NCBI RefSeq assembly: GCF_026210795.1
Contig: NC_089432.1
Span: 4,960,001-5,024,000, forward strand
Source of the DNA: Rhizophagus irregularis
Taxonomy: Eukaryota
DNA: 64,000 nt
Direction of reading: 5' to 3'
Shown here piece by piece: positions 25,740 through 38,545 of the stretch. The notes beneath the pieces are model-generated. The model ran no database searches. It worked only from the letters and a program-made list of their open reading frames with translations, and was not told the origin of the DNA. Position numbers and translations under genes: made by a program. Positions within the stretch are counted from its first letter, which is position 1; each line of letters begins with the position of its first letter.

Positions 25740-28015
25740 AAACAAACTTCACAGAAGATACTTAATATTTTTCACTATCAGATGTTTTACAAATATTTTT
25801 TGTTTCATTATTCACAGTTTTCAGATTGTTTCTTATTCCTTCGTTCACAGAAAATAACGAAGTTCATTTGAATGGTTTATACAAAGTTGATCATCCGCGA
25901 TTAAACTGTCAATAAAGAGACTTACTACTCTGTCTTGTACTTTCTAAGTGCTTCTAAAGTTAACTTTCAAAACTTTTTCAATGGAATTTTATAGTCCACA
26001 AAAGACACAAGACCCATTATTTCGCTTGCAAAAATCTCTTGCCATTGCAATTGAGAAGTTTAAACATAAAGTCAGATCTGTTAAACTTAGTTGAGAAAGA
26101 TTTATTAAGCCAGGACCCAGAAATATATATATATAGGGGTCAGGTGAAAAAAATTTTTTACTATGAGCTGTATGCATTTTTTCAGGGCCAGAATTATGAT
26201 AATGTCAGTCGGTTACTATAATAGGAAATAAAATTCTGACTGGAATTATCAAAAACTATCATTTTTTTAGTTCAAAATACGCAAACTCAAACCTAATTTG
26301 AATTTAACATCGTTATCTATTTGTCGATCACATTAAATTAATCACATGACAAATCAATTAGCCAATCTATGTTTCCGTTTATTAAGTCTAGATAGACGTG
26401 ATTGCATCAGAACTTTTTAGACATTCCTCTTCGAATGCAACCTCATACAATCTTTGAAAAAGGACTACACCATTCAAGGCCATCCATGCTAACAAGTTAT
26501 TCAACGAATGGAGAGCAATATCAACAAAAACTATGACATGGTACAAGTTAAGATGCCTATAAAGCAAACAATCATAGAACACTCTTTACATGCCCTAAAA
26601 GTTCGATGTATTTTAAAAAATTTACTATTTCAAAATTAATTAATCCCAAAACTCGAAAAAACAGTTAAAGAGATGTGAAAGACATAATCATTGTATCTTT
26701 AAGACGCAAAAAACCAAACCAATTACTGACTTGAAGATGTTTTTACAAGTCGCAATCTTTTCTTCGTCCTATATTCTATTTGAAATACAAATTAAATTCA
26801 ATACCTACACCATCAGAGTATAATTCTTACACCTTATTTCTTTCGCCAACAACACACGTAACCAAATAGAAAGAGCTAGATCAATCTTAGACAGATCGAT
26901 CGTACGTATTTTCAACCTCAAGTTTGCCCAATTTATCCTCAACACCCAAACAAACGAAAACATTCCTATTCCTAATTGAACTCCTTCACCACAAGCTGTC
27001 CGATTAGACAATTTACCTTTTGTTCCTCAAGAACCACTATTATGCACCATTAGCTTCCACTTGATTTTCCCATATCAGATAATGAAGCCGCTTATAAAAG
27101 AGCCAAAAACCAAAGAAGCCCAAGACGACGCAGTAACAAAAAAAAAATAGCTGACAAAAGACAGGGAAGATTCTGAGTGGTTTGGGCACGCACCATTTCG
27201 CCTTTAGAAATCTAAAGTTGAGAATTTAACGCAATTTCAAAACTTTTGCCATAATACAAATCTTCGAATATCTAATACTGAAATAAAAATTTCAAAACGC
27301 AAGATCAAAAACTGGTCTGATTTCAACTTTGCTTACAATCTAACGGCAGAAATAGAATATTGTTCAAACACCTCAGATGATATGAAATTGCTTGAATTTA
27401 GAACAATTAAACGCAATATAAAACGGACAGTGTCCAACTTAGGGATTGGAATCGAAAATCGAATCTTTTCAAGATTTTTCTTATAGACGACCAACCTAAC
27501 TTTGAATCAGTTTCTAATTTCAGCAAAAATAATCAGCACTTGGCCGTCATGAAAAATTACTTTGGAGTCAGGTTAACTTATATGTAAAAAATTGCTGAGA
27601 ATCGATTCTCGAGAATCGACTTTACTAATCGATTCCAATCCCTATTTCAAAGAAGATTTGCCTTTCGATGCTCTGATGACCATCGACATCCTTCTTCATG
27701 TCAATCTTAAATTTTTTATTTTATTTTACGTATTCATTTTAGTCATCATTAACACTAATCGTAGACAACCCATACTGCATTTTTAATTTAAAACAACTTA
27801 GAATAGTGTGACCTGACAGGATTTACGTAAGGCATTCCTTTTTTAGGTTTGAAAGAAAAATCCAGGCTTTGATAATATAGCCACCTAAGACGGCACTTCC
27901 TTATGGAGGCTTTGTAGGTTATCAAAACTAGAAGTAGATACGAGTCATTAATATAACTTAGATAGTTTGATTTCTCTTATACTTAGTTTCGATAATAATA
28001 AATAAATAATATCAA
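25740..28015 (+). mobile_element. Degraded retroposon-like insertion with TAA/TAAA tail, possibly a distant family B relative
   Basis: Absent downstream of K5; broken coding-like sequence (AIHANKLFNEW, compare B2 SYANLLYYRW); stem-loop-rich end at 27815-27930 and ATAATAATAAATAAATAAT tail. Confidence 0.35.
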
Positions 28016-28125
28016 TAATATTTTTAATTTTTATCAGTTAATTTTCGATGATAATATTTACCACTTATTTACCAAAGTATTACGAATTCGAAAAAGTGAC
28101 ATCAATAATTTCATGAGATCGTCTG

Positions 28126-28150
28126 AATATATATATATATATATATATAT
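28126..28150. repeat. (AT)n microsatellite
   Basis: About 12 AT units. Confidence 0.9.
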
Positions 28151-28409
28151 CACATCGTCAGTTTTATTCTAGCAAATCACAGGTTTCTGCAATGTATTTC
28201 TCTTTTAAATTATAATTTTTTCAAAATTCATATGAAGATTTGATTCATTTTTCCGAAAATTTAATTAATTAAGAATAAAAAAAAGATTTAAAATTTTTAT
28301 ATGAAAGTAATATTTTTATAAAATATAAAAATATTATAAATCACGTTCCATCACACACTACTATCTGAAGTAAAAAGAAGTCGTCGCTAACGTACAATGT
28401 AAAATCCAA

Positions 28410-28515
28410 CCCTATAAAAAATTTTCAGAAAAATGATCACGTGTCTTGGTTTCTTCAGAATAAAAACTAGAAAAATGATTATTTATCGAAGTTTTTTCCA
28501 GAATTTTTTATAGGG
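28410..28515. mobile_element. 106-bp MITE with CCCTATAAAAAATT TIR and 3-bp TSD CAA
   Basis: TIRs at both ends; the paralogous empty site is visible at ~39035-39060. Confidence 0.8.
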
Positions 28516-28575
28516 CAAAATCGACTAACTGAAATAAACGTAATCTTATGTGATTTTATATTATTGAAGCTACTA

Positions 28576-28947
28576 CAGTCAACTCTTAATATAACGAAGT
28601 TGGCGTCCGGCCTTCGTTATAGGAATATTCGTTAATATGATGGGAAAATCTGGTATAACCCGGAAAATTTTTGTATATTATGGTATATTGTCGTATAATA
28701 ATTGTATTTTATAATGCAAAAACGCAAGTTACACAAAATATCTTCGTTATATTTCGTTATAAAAAAAAATTCGTTATTAAAAGGGGCATTTTTCATATAC
28801 GGTTTATAAAATTTACTTCGTTAAACGGTATACGGCATTTAATAGTAAAATTCGGTATAATGAGATTTTTTTCATCTGTACCACACTGAAGATCCGTTAT
28901 ATTGTAAAATTCGTTATATCAAAATTCGTTATAAGAAGAGTTGACTG
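28576..28947. mobile_element. Tc1/mariner-pogo-type MITE (TA TSD)
   Basis: TA|CAGTCAACTCTT...TATAACGAA and TTCGTTATAAGAAGAGTTGACTG|TA; many internal TTCGTTAT repeats; empty paralogous site at ~13725. Confidence 0.88.
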
Positions 28948-29261
28948 TAGTATTGTTTCTAGCTTAGATTTATTACTAAATATCTATGAAAAAGTAAAAC
29001 ACAATTATTTTTCAATATATATTTGAACACTGAGATTAATTACACGCAAAGAAAAAAAAAAAGATAATTTAAATAATAATAAAAAAAAATATTTATCTAT
29101 TTTCTACTCGTAAATGTTTTAATTTAATTCACATCTTGGTAAACGATTCTTTGATTAAAAATCTGCCAAACAATATTTTTTTTCAAAGACGAGTTACTAT
29201 AAAATATTAAAATTTAATTTACTTCGTTTATAATTTTGTTAAAATTTTTTTTTTTCTGTAA

Positions 29262-29385
29262 CCGACAAAAATTTCGCGATCATGTGATCGAGGTTAAATG
29301 TGTCAATTTTTATTCACTTTTTATTTGTCACCGGATATTTTTACGTGTTGCCGTGCCAAAAATCACGTGATCACAAAATTTTAGT
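29262..29385. mobile_element. Small inverted-repeat element in the K5 promoter, related to the 19968/52573 family
   Basis: AAAAATTTCGCGATCATGTGAT and ATCACGTGATCACAAAATTTT are near-complementary; the core resembles the reverse complement of the 52573 element; no clear TSD. Confidence 0.5.
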
Positions 29386-29388
29386 TTT

Positions 29389-29406
29389 GCGGTACTGCAG
29401 TTGATG
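29389..29406 (+). promoter_or_regulatory. Conserved upstream box GCGGTACTGCRG(T)TGATG of the kinase-Sel1 genes
   Basis: GC-rich box in an AT-rich background, also at ~7200, ~14037, ~20236, ~40270 and ~62027, roughly 180-270 bp before each ATG once the A1 insertion is removed. Confidence 0.55.
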
Positions 29407-29568
29407 TACAAATTGGTGAGTGACACTGTGCGACAATAATCGGAGAATAAATTGCATAAAATACTTAAATTGGAGTTATTTTCGTTGCAGTGCGCAATAA
29501 AATTTTACAACCTTGACCGTTCAATTTTATCATTATTTAACCTTTTTCTGTCTATATTATTATTAAAT

Positions 29569-32044
29569 ATGTCTGATAATAAACAAATACAAAATAGTGA
29601 AAATACAAATGAATGGATTAATTGGATTGAAGAAGCTATTGATAAAGAACATTTAAATTATTATGAATATAACCAATTTACTGACATTCAAGAAATTGGT
29701 GCTGGAGGTTTTGGAAGAGTGTACCGTGCAAATTGGAAAAATACCAAAAAACAATTAGCGTTAAAATCTTTTTTTAATCTTAATAATATCACCATGAAAG
29801 AAATTGTTTGTGAGGTAATTAATTATATAATACATTTTTTTTTTACAATATTTTTTTTTATCCAGCATATATTATATTTATTTTTAATATTTGAATTTAT
29901 TTAGTTAAAAATTCAACGTAAAGTTGATTTTCATGATAATATAATTCGTTGCTGTGGAATAACAAAATTTGAATCAGGTATTAATAAGAAAGATACTTTA
30001 ATAAATAAAATATTCCAAATTTTATTCATAAAATTACATTTCATTAATTGTTTCCTTTTTTTTTTAGAAAATCAAATTAGCAATAATTATATGTTGGTAA
30101 TGGAATACGCCGACGGTGGTAGTCTTCGAAACTATTTGAAAAAAAACTTTAGTAAACTCACTTGGGACGACAAATTCAATATGGCGTACCAATTAGCTTA
30201 CGCTGTATCATGCTTGCATAATGAAGGGATCATCCATCGTGACTTGGTAAATTTATTTATTATTATTTAATCATTGCTCGTAACACTATAGTATTTGCAT
30301 TTACTCATTTAATATATGTTTTTTAATAGCATTCTGGCAATATATTAGTTCATCAAAACACGATCAAATTGGCAGATTTTGGACTATCAAAAAGAATCGG
30401 AGCTTCATCCAATTTTCAATCCAAATTATTTGGAATGGTTCCTTATGTTGATCCTAAAAGCTTTAGCAGACGAAGTAATAATAATAACCAAATGTATACA
30501 TTAAATGAAAAAAGTGATGTTTACAGTGTTGGCGTATTATTATGGGAAGTATCAAGCGGACGACCTCCTTTTTATGCTGAAGGTGAAGAATATGATGTTA
30601 GTTTAATTTTGGAAATTTCACAAGGTCTTAGAGAAACGGTTGTCCCTGATACACCTGATGAATATGTAAAAATTTATACTAGTAAGTAAAATTTTAAATT
30701 TATTTTAACTTAAATATTTTCTAATTAATAAATTATATTTGTGTTTTAGAATGTTGGGATGGTGAACCTGATAATCGTCCTACCATATATCAAGTAGTTG
30801 ATTTACTAAAAGCAATAATTACAAAAACAGATATAATAATGGAAAATCATCAATTATTGAATGAAAAAGAACTGAATGAGGTTCCTTTAAGTACCAATAA
30901 TTCAGAATCACGAGGAGAATTATCCCAACTTATTCAAAATTTTAATGAAATGAATACAAAAGAAATAGATAATATAATAATGGAAAATCCCCAATTATTG
31001 AATGAGCAAGAACTTAATGAGGTTCCTTTAAGTACCAATAATTCAGAATCACGAGGAGAATTATCCCAACTTATTCAAAATTTTAATGAAATGAATACAA
31101 AAGAAATTGATAATATAGCAGTAGTAAATGAACAAGAGAAATTTTCAACTGAAAAAGATGTTAACAGAATAGTTGGTGAAACAAATGATTTAATTTTTAA
31201 ACTATATAATAAAGGAATTGAATGGAAATTAATAAAAGAGCAAGTTATTGAATATTTTCATAATTATAATACAAATTCACAAGAAATTTATAATTGGTTA
31301 TCAAATAATCAAAATAATTCAAATTCAATTTTTTTACTTGGATATTTTAATTATTTTGGAATTGAGATAAATAAAAATAATGAGAAAGCATTTAAATTAT
31401 TTATTAATGCATCAGAAAAAGATCATATATTAGCACAATTTTTTGTTGGTGAATGTTATTTTTATGGACATGGAACTATAAAAAATGAAAAATTAGCTTT
31501 TGAATATTGTGAAAAAGTGGCTGATAGAAATTATGCAACTGGACAATTAGAAGCTGGTTATAGTTATGAAAATGGAATAGGCATTGAAAAAGATTTAAAA
31601 AAGGCTTTTTATTGGTATGAAAAAGCTGCAAATAATGGAAATATAATAGCTAAGCATAATCTTGGTGATTGTTACTTAAATGGAAATGGTGTTAAAAAAG
31701 ATCATAATAAAGCTTTTGAATTGTTCAAGCAATCAGCTAATGGAGGATATTCAAGTGGAATCTTAATGTTAGGATATTGTTATGAAGAAGGTATTGGAAC
31801 TAAAATTGATATGCAAAAAGCATTTGAGTTATATCAAAAATCAGCAAATTTAGGAAATGAGATAGCACAATATAATATTGGTACTATGTATGAAAATGGA
31901 AATGGAATTACAAAAAATAAAGATAAAGCGATTTATTGGTATGAAAAATCTGCCAAACGAGGATATCAAGATGCACAAAATAGATTAAAAATACTACAAA
32001 AAGAATCAACAATTCATAAAATAAAATCTTTATTTTTTAAATGA
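29569..32044 (+). CDS. Kinase plus Sel1-like repeat protein, copy K5, intact, with a 47-aa internal duplication
   Basis: Five exons; canonical family motifs; 141-bp tandem duplication at ~30839-31120. Confidence 0.9.
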
Positions 32045-33118
32045 TAAAATGTAAATCAATTTTTTTTAATTTTTAATTAAAAATCATTCTTATCGCAAGT
32101 ATTTTATTTTTATTTTCAAGTTAACTGAATATATATATTTTTCTTTTAAATTAAAACGCCCGTTCTAGGATTACAAAATCCATGAGGATTTGATTCATTT
32201 TTCCGAAATATTTTTGAAATGATTGTATATATGAAAGAAAGATAATGGTAATTAAAGCAGTACTTTTTATATTCAAAGAAAAAAAATAATAATTTAAAAC
32301 TTTATGTAAAAGAAATTTTTACAATATATAAAAATATTATAAACCACGTGTACAAAGTATTTTTCACATAATGGTAAACTTGAAATTAAGAATTAATGAA
32401 TGTGACAAAACAAAAAAAAACCAAAAAAAAAAATCCACTGCTTTCGCACTTTATGATAATAGTAACTAACTACGACTCCGAAAAGCCAGAAAAGTTTTAT
32501 AACACCCTTAATACTTTTTTTTAATCACTCAAACCCTTTTACTACTATTGTATTTTCATTACAAAAAATTCTTAGTAGAGTTTAAGGAACAATAACAAGT
32601 AACAACTCACAAACATGAAAAGTTTTGTATGATGAATAAATTTAAATTTTGAAATATAAATTGTAATGTCAAATTTACGTAACATAATATTTGAAATATA
32701 AACTGTAACAACGGTAGTGTTATTTGTGTTATTTACATAATATTTATATCTAATCAATTTGGAATATAAACAATTATTAATCACTTCAATATATTTGTGG
32801 CAATTATTTATAACGTTTTTCTAACGTTTCTTTACTAGTTCTGAATACAGCGGTAAAATCTTGATAAAGTTACAAGTCTTCAAGAATTAAATACTACCTT
32901 AAAAAATTATCAGTTTAAAATATTGAAAATAAATCCCTGAACACAAAAAAATTATTAGGGAAGATACTCATTTTTTACTTACAAATTGCAAGTTACAGGA
33001 TATTGATCATATTGGCAAAAGGTTCTGAGTGAATGGAGTTCTCTCCTTCCACCATGTAAGTCATTATTTTGATAGAATTTAAATTTTTTTTTTTTTTAAA
33101 GAAAAATATAAATTTTGA

Positions 33119-33350
33119 TAAGGCCATACAAACTTGATTTTATGGTTTTCATGATATAAAAATTTCATCAATAACCCGGCAACCCGGCTTTTAATTTTTT
33201 TTTTCAAAAATTTTATATGCGAAATTTTTTTTCAATATTTAAAAAATTCTCACCCGGCATAGCAATAATATAAAAATTTTTTTTTTAAGACTTAACAAAA
33301 CTGACCCGGCCGGACTATGAAAACCATTTTTACCACTTTGTGTCGCCTAA
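33119..33350. mobile_element. Possible MITE with ACCCGGC internal repeats
   Basis: TAAGGCCATACAAACT versus ACTTTGTGTCGCCTAA form an imperfect TIR pair; four ACCCGGC copies inside; no clean TSD. Confidence 0.4.
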
Positions 33351-34808
33351 TTGCAATTAATAAAAAAATTTTTTATTAAATATTTGTATTTCTTTTAATT
33401 AAATATAAATTTACATTTTCATTACTTTCCTTCCCATTCATATATTACTAATATAACCACTTTATAATATATAAATGAACGTGCAAAATGTCATAGGAAA
33501 TTGAACTAAAGGAAAGTTAATTTGCAATTGAGCAAATATATTTTTTTTATTTCTTGTTTCAAAAAGCAATTAGTCTGGGTTAACGAAATTTTGTCAGAAA
33601 TCATATTGGTCCAAAATTTTTTTTCTTAAATAAAAGAAGTTATTTGATTATTAATTATTAAGTAGATGTCATTATTGCTAGGGTATCCAGGCTCGTGCAA
33701 TGCAAAATAAAAATGCTAAAATAATATAAATTACGCAAGATTTATTTTATCTTAAAACTAGCTGAAATCTGTTGTGTTGCAACAGAAATAATAGAGTTCA
33801 AATCAACATGATGAAATTTCTGATATAATTTAGGAAAATTAGTTATTATCTGTTATATAATATTAATTTAAGAGTTTTTATTTATTTATAATTTGTTGAA
33901 TGATAAATAAATTCTTGATTAAAATTTAATATAAAATAATTATAATAATAAAAAATATTAAAAATAAGTATTAATTGTACTAATTGTTTAAAAAGTATAT
34001 ATAATTTAGAAAATTAATTTTTTGGCTGGATATTTTTTAAAAATCATATTTATTCTAACTAAAAAAAATCATATAAAATATATTTATTCAATAAAATAAA
34101 ATATCTATAACGATTACATCGGTACCGACCCAATCCAAACCTAAAGGGCAGAAGAACAAAAATAAATTAATAAACTGGGAATGGATAAACCAAACTTTTT
34201 CGTTAGATATCCTGAAATGAAAAATTTAGTATTTTTTATTTTTATGGATTAGCTTTTACATTTAACCTAACAATAATTTCCGATTTGATCAAATAAACAC
34301 TCGTATATTATTAGTGCAGTATATTGTTAGTGCAGATAAAATTAACCTTTAAATCTTGTTTTTTTTCCATTTTTAATTTATTCTTTTCTCTTTTTCGTAA
34401 TAAAAAGGAGTTGGCTTAAAATAATTCAAAATAAAAATGGAAATCACTCACCATTGTTGCTTTATCTTTTTTTCACTTAAAAAAAAAATATTCATCTCAA
34501 AAATCATCATCTTTTTGCAAAAGAAAATTCTCAATATTTCATATATTTCATTTTCATTTTAATTAATTACTTATATTAATATTTTTATTAATGTTATAAT
34601 AGTCGTTATGGACAATTATAACATGAACCATAGAGAAATACAACATTCAAGTAAAGGTATAAAGCGTAAAATTTCCTGATATGGAATTTCTATAGATTCA
34701 AATTAAAAATATAATATATTTTAAAGTATTAAATAGTAATGAATTTTATTATATAAAATGATCAATATTAAACTTGAAGCGTGATTTTATATTTCAAAAT
34801 CTTACTAA

Positions 34809-34835
34809 CTAGGAAACGGAAACCGCTGTTAAGTC
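34809..34835 (-). mobile_element. Possible Helitron-like 3' terminus
   Basis: Reverse complement GACTTAACAGCGGTTTCCGTTTCCTAG followed by T. Confidence 0.4.
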
Positions 34836-35409
34836 CTAATTGCCATTTAATTACTAATATTTACTGAGGAATGGTCGTAAAAAGTTTAGCTTTCAATAAG
34901 CACGCAAATAGACTAGTAACCTGCACTTCAGTAGTCTTGTACGGCCATCATCCAAGAGATATTGGAATTTTTTAATTGCAGATTAATAAATAACGAAAAT
35001 TCAATATATGATATGAACATTTTTCCTGTATTAAAAATATCATCAATATTTGAACGTCTGATTGTAAAAATTTTCAGGACGATTTGGAAAGTAACATCAT
35101 ACGAATAAGAAAGGTTATTGGCTCAACCGTGTTGAACTTCATAATAATGATAATAATGATAATATTAATCGTTTACAGCTCTTTTGTCCAAATTGGAATT
35201 TGGAACGTATGGTAATCACAGCATGTAATTGTCATTTAATCTATTGAAGATTTTCTCAAGCGAAAATCCCGGTATTATTTGATTGTGAATAATCAAAATA
35301 CAAATATTTAAATGGAGCATCTCTTTTTTCTTTCTTTTTTTTAAAAAAAATTAATTAGTTAATAATATAAACCAAAGTTTATTTAATATCTATTTTGTAA
35401 TAAGTGAAA

Positions 35410-36480
35410 ATGACAGATTCAGCCGCGCTGTAATGGATCGTTCGGTTATTACTTATGATGATTATTCAAAGAGAGGATACGATGGATGCTCTCAATCGGA
35501 TCAAAATGTTCTTTATCGATCTCATTTAATTGGCGGTAAGTTCCAACATTTAATGAAGGTGCGTGTTAATTCAGGTTCATTAAATTTTGACACTCTAAGT
35601 GCAAGTTCTTTTAAAAAATGATGATATACCATTAGGTCAAAAAATAACAAACTATCATCGTCAACATAATATTTTTGAAGACAAACAAATGTGCATGATC
35701 GTTAAAGCAATGAACGGAAAACTGTAGAAATTGAAGTCGAGTCAATTGATACAATTGATCAATTGAAAGACAAAATTTATGAAGGATGTATACCAGATCA
35801 GCAAAGATTAATCTAAGCTGGTAGGCAACTTGAAGATTCCCGTACTTTGGCGGATTACAAAATAAATGATAGGTCCACGTTACCTTTAAAATTAAGATTA
35901 AGTGGAGGTGGTTGTCTTCCCACCTTTTTTATTCGTCCGAATATGCTTGCCCCAAGATTTTACGCAAATTGATGATAAAGGTTTAACTTTTATGCGAGGA
36001 AATTTTGAATATAAGCGACCTTGTGGTTGGAAAAGAATTGCTCTCAATGTATGAAGATAACATTTGGCTTGGAGTTGATGAAGAAAAGCAATCTATAACA
36101 AGATCAGTACAAAATGAATGGTTAGGTATTCTTTGATATGCATGTATTTTATTTATTTATTTAATATCTTTATGTGTTAATATAATATTTTATAAATTTA
36201 ATAGTTTATCCTGGAACTGCTAGAAATAACTGCAAATCGATTGCTGAAGATTAGTATCGCTTGTGTAAGGGTAAACGATTTGCATTTGGACATTGAACTT
36301 ATTCTACTTCAGATATTGATGTTGCATATTTATACGCTACTAAATTTACTCATGAAGGAAATAATTATAAATCGTGTTTCAAAATAGGATTAATCCAAAC
36401 GGCTTAGACAAAGTTTCGAAGGAAGAAACTGGAGTTGGTGAATATTGGATTTCACCTGTAATAGCGATTATTGAGATAGT
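35410..36480 (+). pseudogene. Ubiquitin-like domain fused to an ADP-ribosyltransferase (PARP/NEURL4-type)-like domain, disrupted
   Basis: Across frameshifts and stops: [45 protein letters not shown], then YKRPCGWKRIALNV..WLG..NEW [intron] YPGT..SIAE..KGKRFAFG..YST..A..YA..VFQNRINP..GEYW. Confidence 0.75.
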
Positions 36481-37039
36481 TTTGAATAAATCATGAAAAA
36501 AAAAAAATAGATTGCATTACTTTTTAACATTATTCAAATGTAAAAGAGCTTTTTGGAGCGTAATTTCAGTACCGCTGTGGAAAATAAATTGATTTCCATT
36601 GTTTAATAAGCAAAGTCATTCAGGGGGTTGAAACTATTTACATTTCAATTTTTATGACTATGGATAAATACTCATGAAATAAGTATTTTTCATAGTATTA
36701 ATTCTCGATATCATATAAATTTGAATGTCTTATTTTTTATTATAAATGAACAGACATTCCATATATTTTACATTTTATAATCCTAACTCCCCTTTAAACA
36801 TGAAACTCTTAATGACGAAAGTATAAAAATCAGATTAACATAAATTGTTACTATAATAGTAATATTCTAATTTTGGAATTTTTTTTATCCTCATTGATAC
36901 GTATAATACAAATAACGTTGTCAATAGCGCCAAATAATTTTTTAAAAACTCGGAAGCGATTTAATAATTTAAATATCTGATGAAGATTCTGATAAATATT
37001 CTAATTTGGAAAGCATCAGCCATAAAATTCTTACTGTGA

Positions 37040-37560
37040 TAAAGTTATACTAGTGGAAATAACTGAATGATATGATAAGTTTATCAAAGACACAATTTAT
37101 AGTCTGATGACCGGTTTTATAATTTCAAAATTCTTGAGTAGGTACCATTTTGATCGATTTGAAGACATAAAACAAATTGGTGATGATGGATTTGCAAAGT
37201 ATATTCTGCAACATGGAATGACGGTAAATCAGAATATTATAACAACATGATGATAGTTAGAAAAACAAGAGCCTCGTCCTATGAAAGTTAAATGGATCAC
37301 AAAATATGTCATAAATGAGACATGTTTAATTAATAAGATAAACATATATTTATTATTAATGACATAGTAATTTGCTTAATTTTGATGTAAATGAAATCTT
37401 TAAAATATATTGGGAACATTTACAACGACTGTTAGATCATTACGGTTTCATGGAATAACCAAATATGATTATTTTAGAATTTGCTAATAAAAGAAATTTA
37501 AGAAGTGATCTTTCAAGTAATTTCAATAAAATTTCATGGAAAACCAAAATTAATTATTTC
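37040..37560 (+). pseudogene. Remnant of a different kinase subfamily
   Basis: Broken peptides YTSGN, FLE*VPF/DRFEDIKQIGDDGFAK, YSATW, LNGSQNMS, FHGIT, IILEFANKRNLRSDLSSNFNKISWKTKI. Confidence 0.7.
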
Positions 37561-38389
37561 AGTTGTGTAGATTATTTCCTGTTAATCCATCTATTATTAC
37601 TTCATACTTTGATGATGGGTACTATTGACAATATCATTTCAATATTTAATCTTATAATTAATAATTTTATTATCAATAGGTAATACAAATAATAGAATAT
37701 GTTTTATTTTGAATTCTTAAATTTTACATTAATTTTATTCCCGTTTATTCATGATAAATAACAGATGAATATCAATATTAATGAGAATGGGTTTGATTGT
37801 TATTTACATTTTTCTTCATTTATTATTACTTTTTTAGAATTATTATTTAAATTTATGTGTACAAATTGCAATCCTTATGACTTGAAAACAATAAATAAAA
37901 TGCTAAAACCTGACCTTTATGTTAATCATAGAATAAGATATTTATTAAAATACAAAAAAAAATGTAAACATCCTAAATGTAATCATAATCATAACCACTT
38001 GTTGTACGAACCAGGATTTACATACATATTTGAATCCCAACGCTAATTTGAGATTGATTTATTCTGCTCTTCAAAGTTCAAAGTTAAAGACACTTAATAA
38101 TCTTCGTTTTTTATCAAATTACGATAATTGCATTTGCTTCATCTAACTGAGGTGAATCCAATTTTCAAAATTTTATATTCCTGCGACCATTAGGTTATGA
38201 TAGAATTTTAGACATTAAAAATAACATATACTTAAGATTAAGCACCTCTATAACAAAAAAAGGGTATTTAATAACGGCCAAATACGGTATATTACGAATT
38301 TTAATCGATCGATTTAGTATGACGATTTAAATAACATGAGACGATATAAAGTATATAACGATTTAAATAATGCGGAAAATAAATTACCA

Positions 38390-38545
38390 AATCATGATGC
38401 ACTATTCCCTCATTATGTAAACATAACACAACGTGAGCCAACAGATACGATAAATCACATTTATCATTTTAAGTAAAGTTTTTAAAATTCTTCAATTAGT
38501 CTTGAAGGGTACCTCTATCAGCCAGCATATTCTATTACTAATAAA
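38390..38545 (-). pseudogene. Kinase exon-3 remnant
   Basis: Reverse complement gives LLVIEYA..DRGTLQD and [13 protein letters not shown], matching exon 3 of the array genes. Confidence 0.6.
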
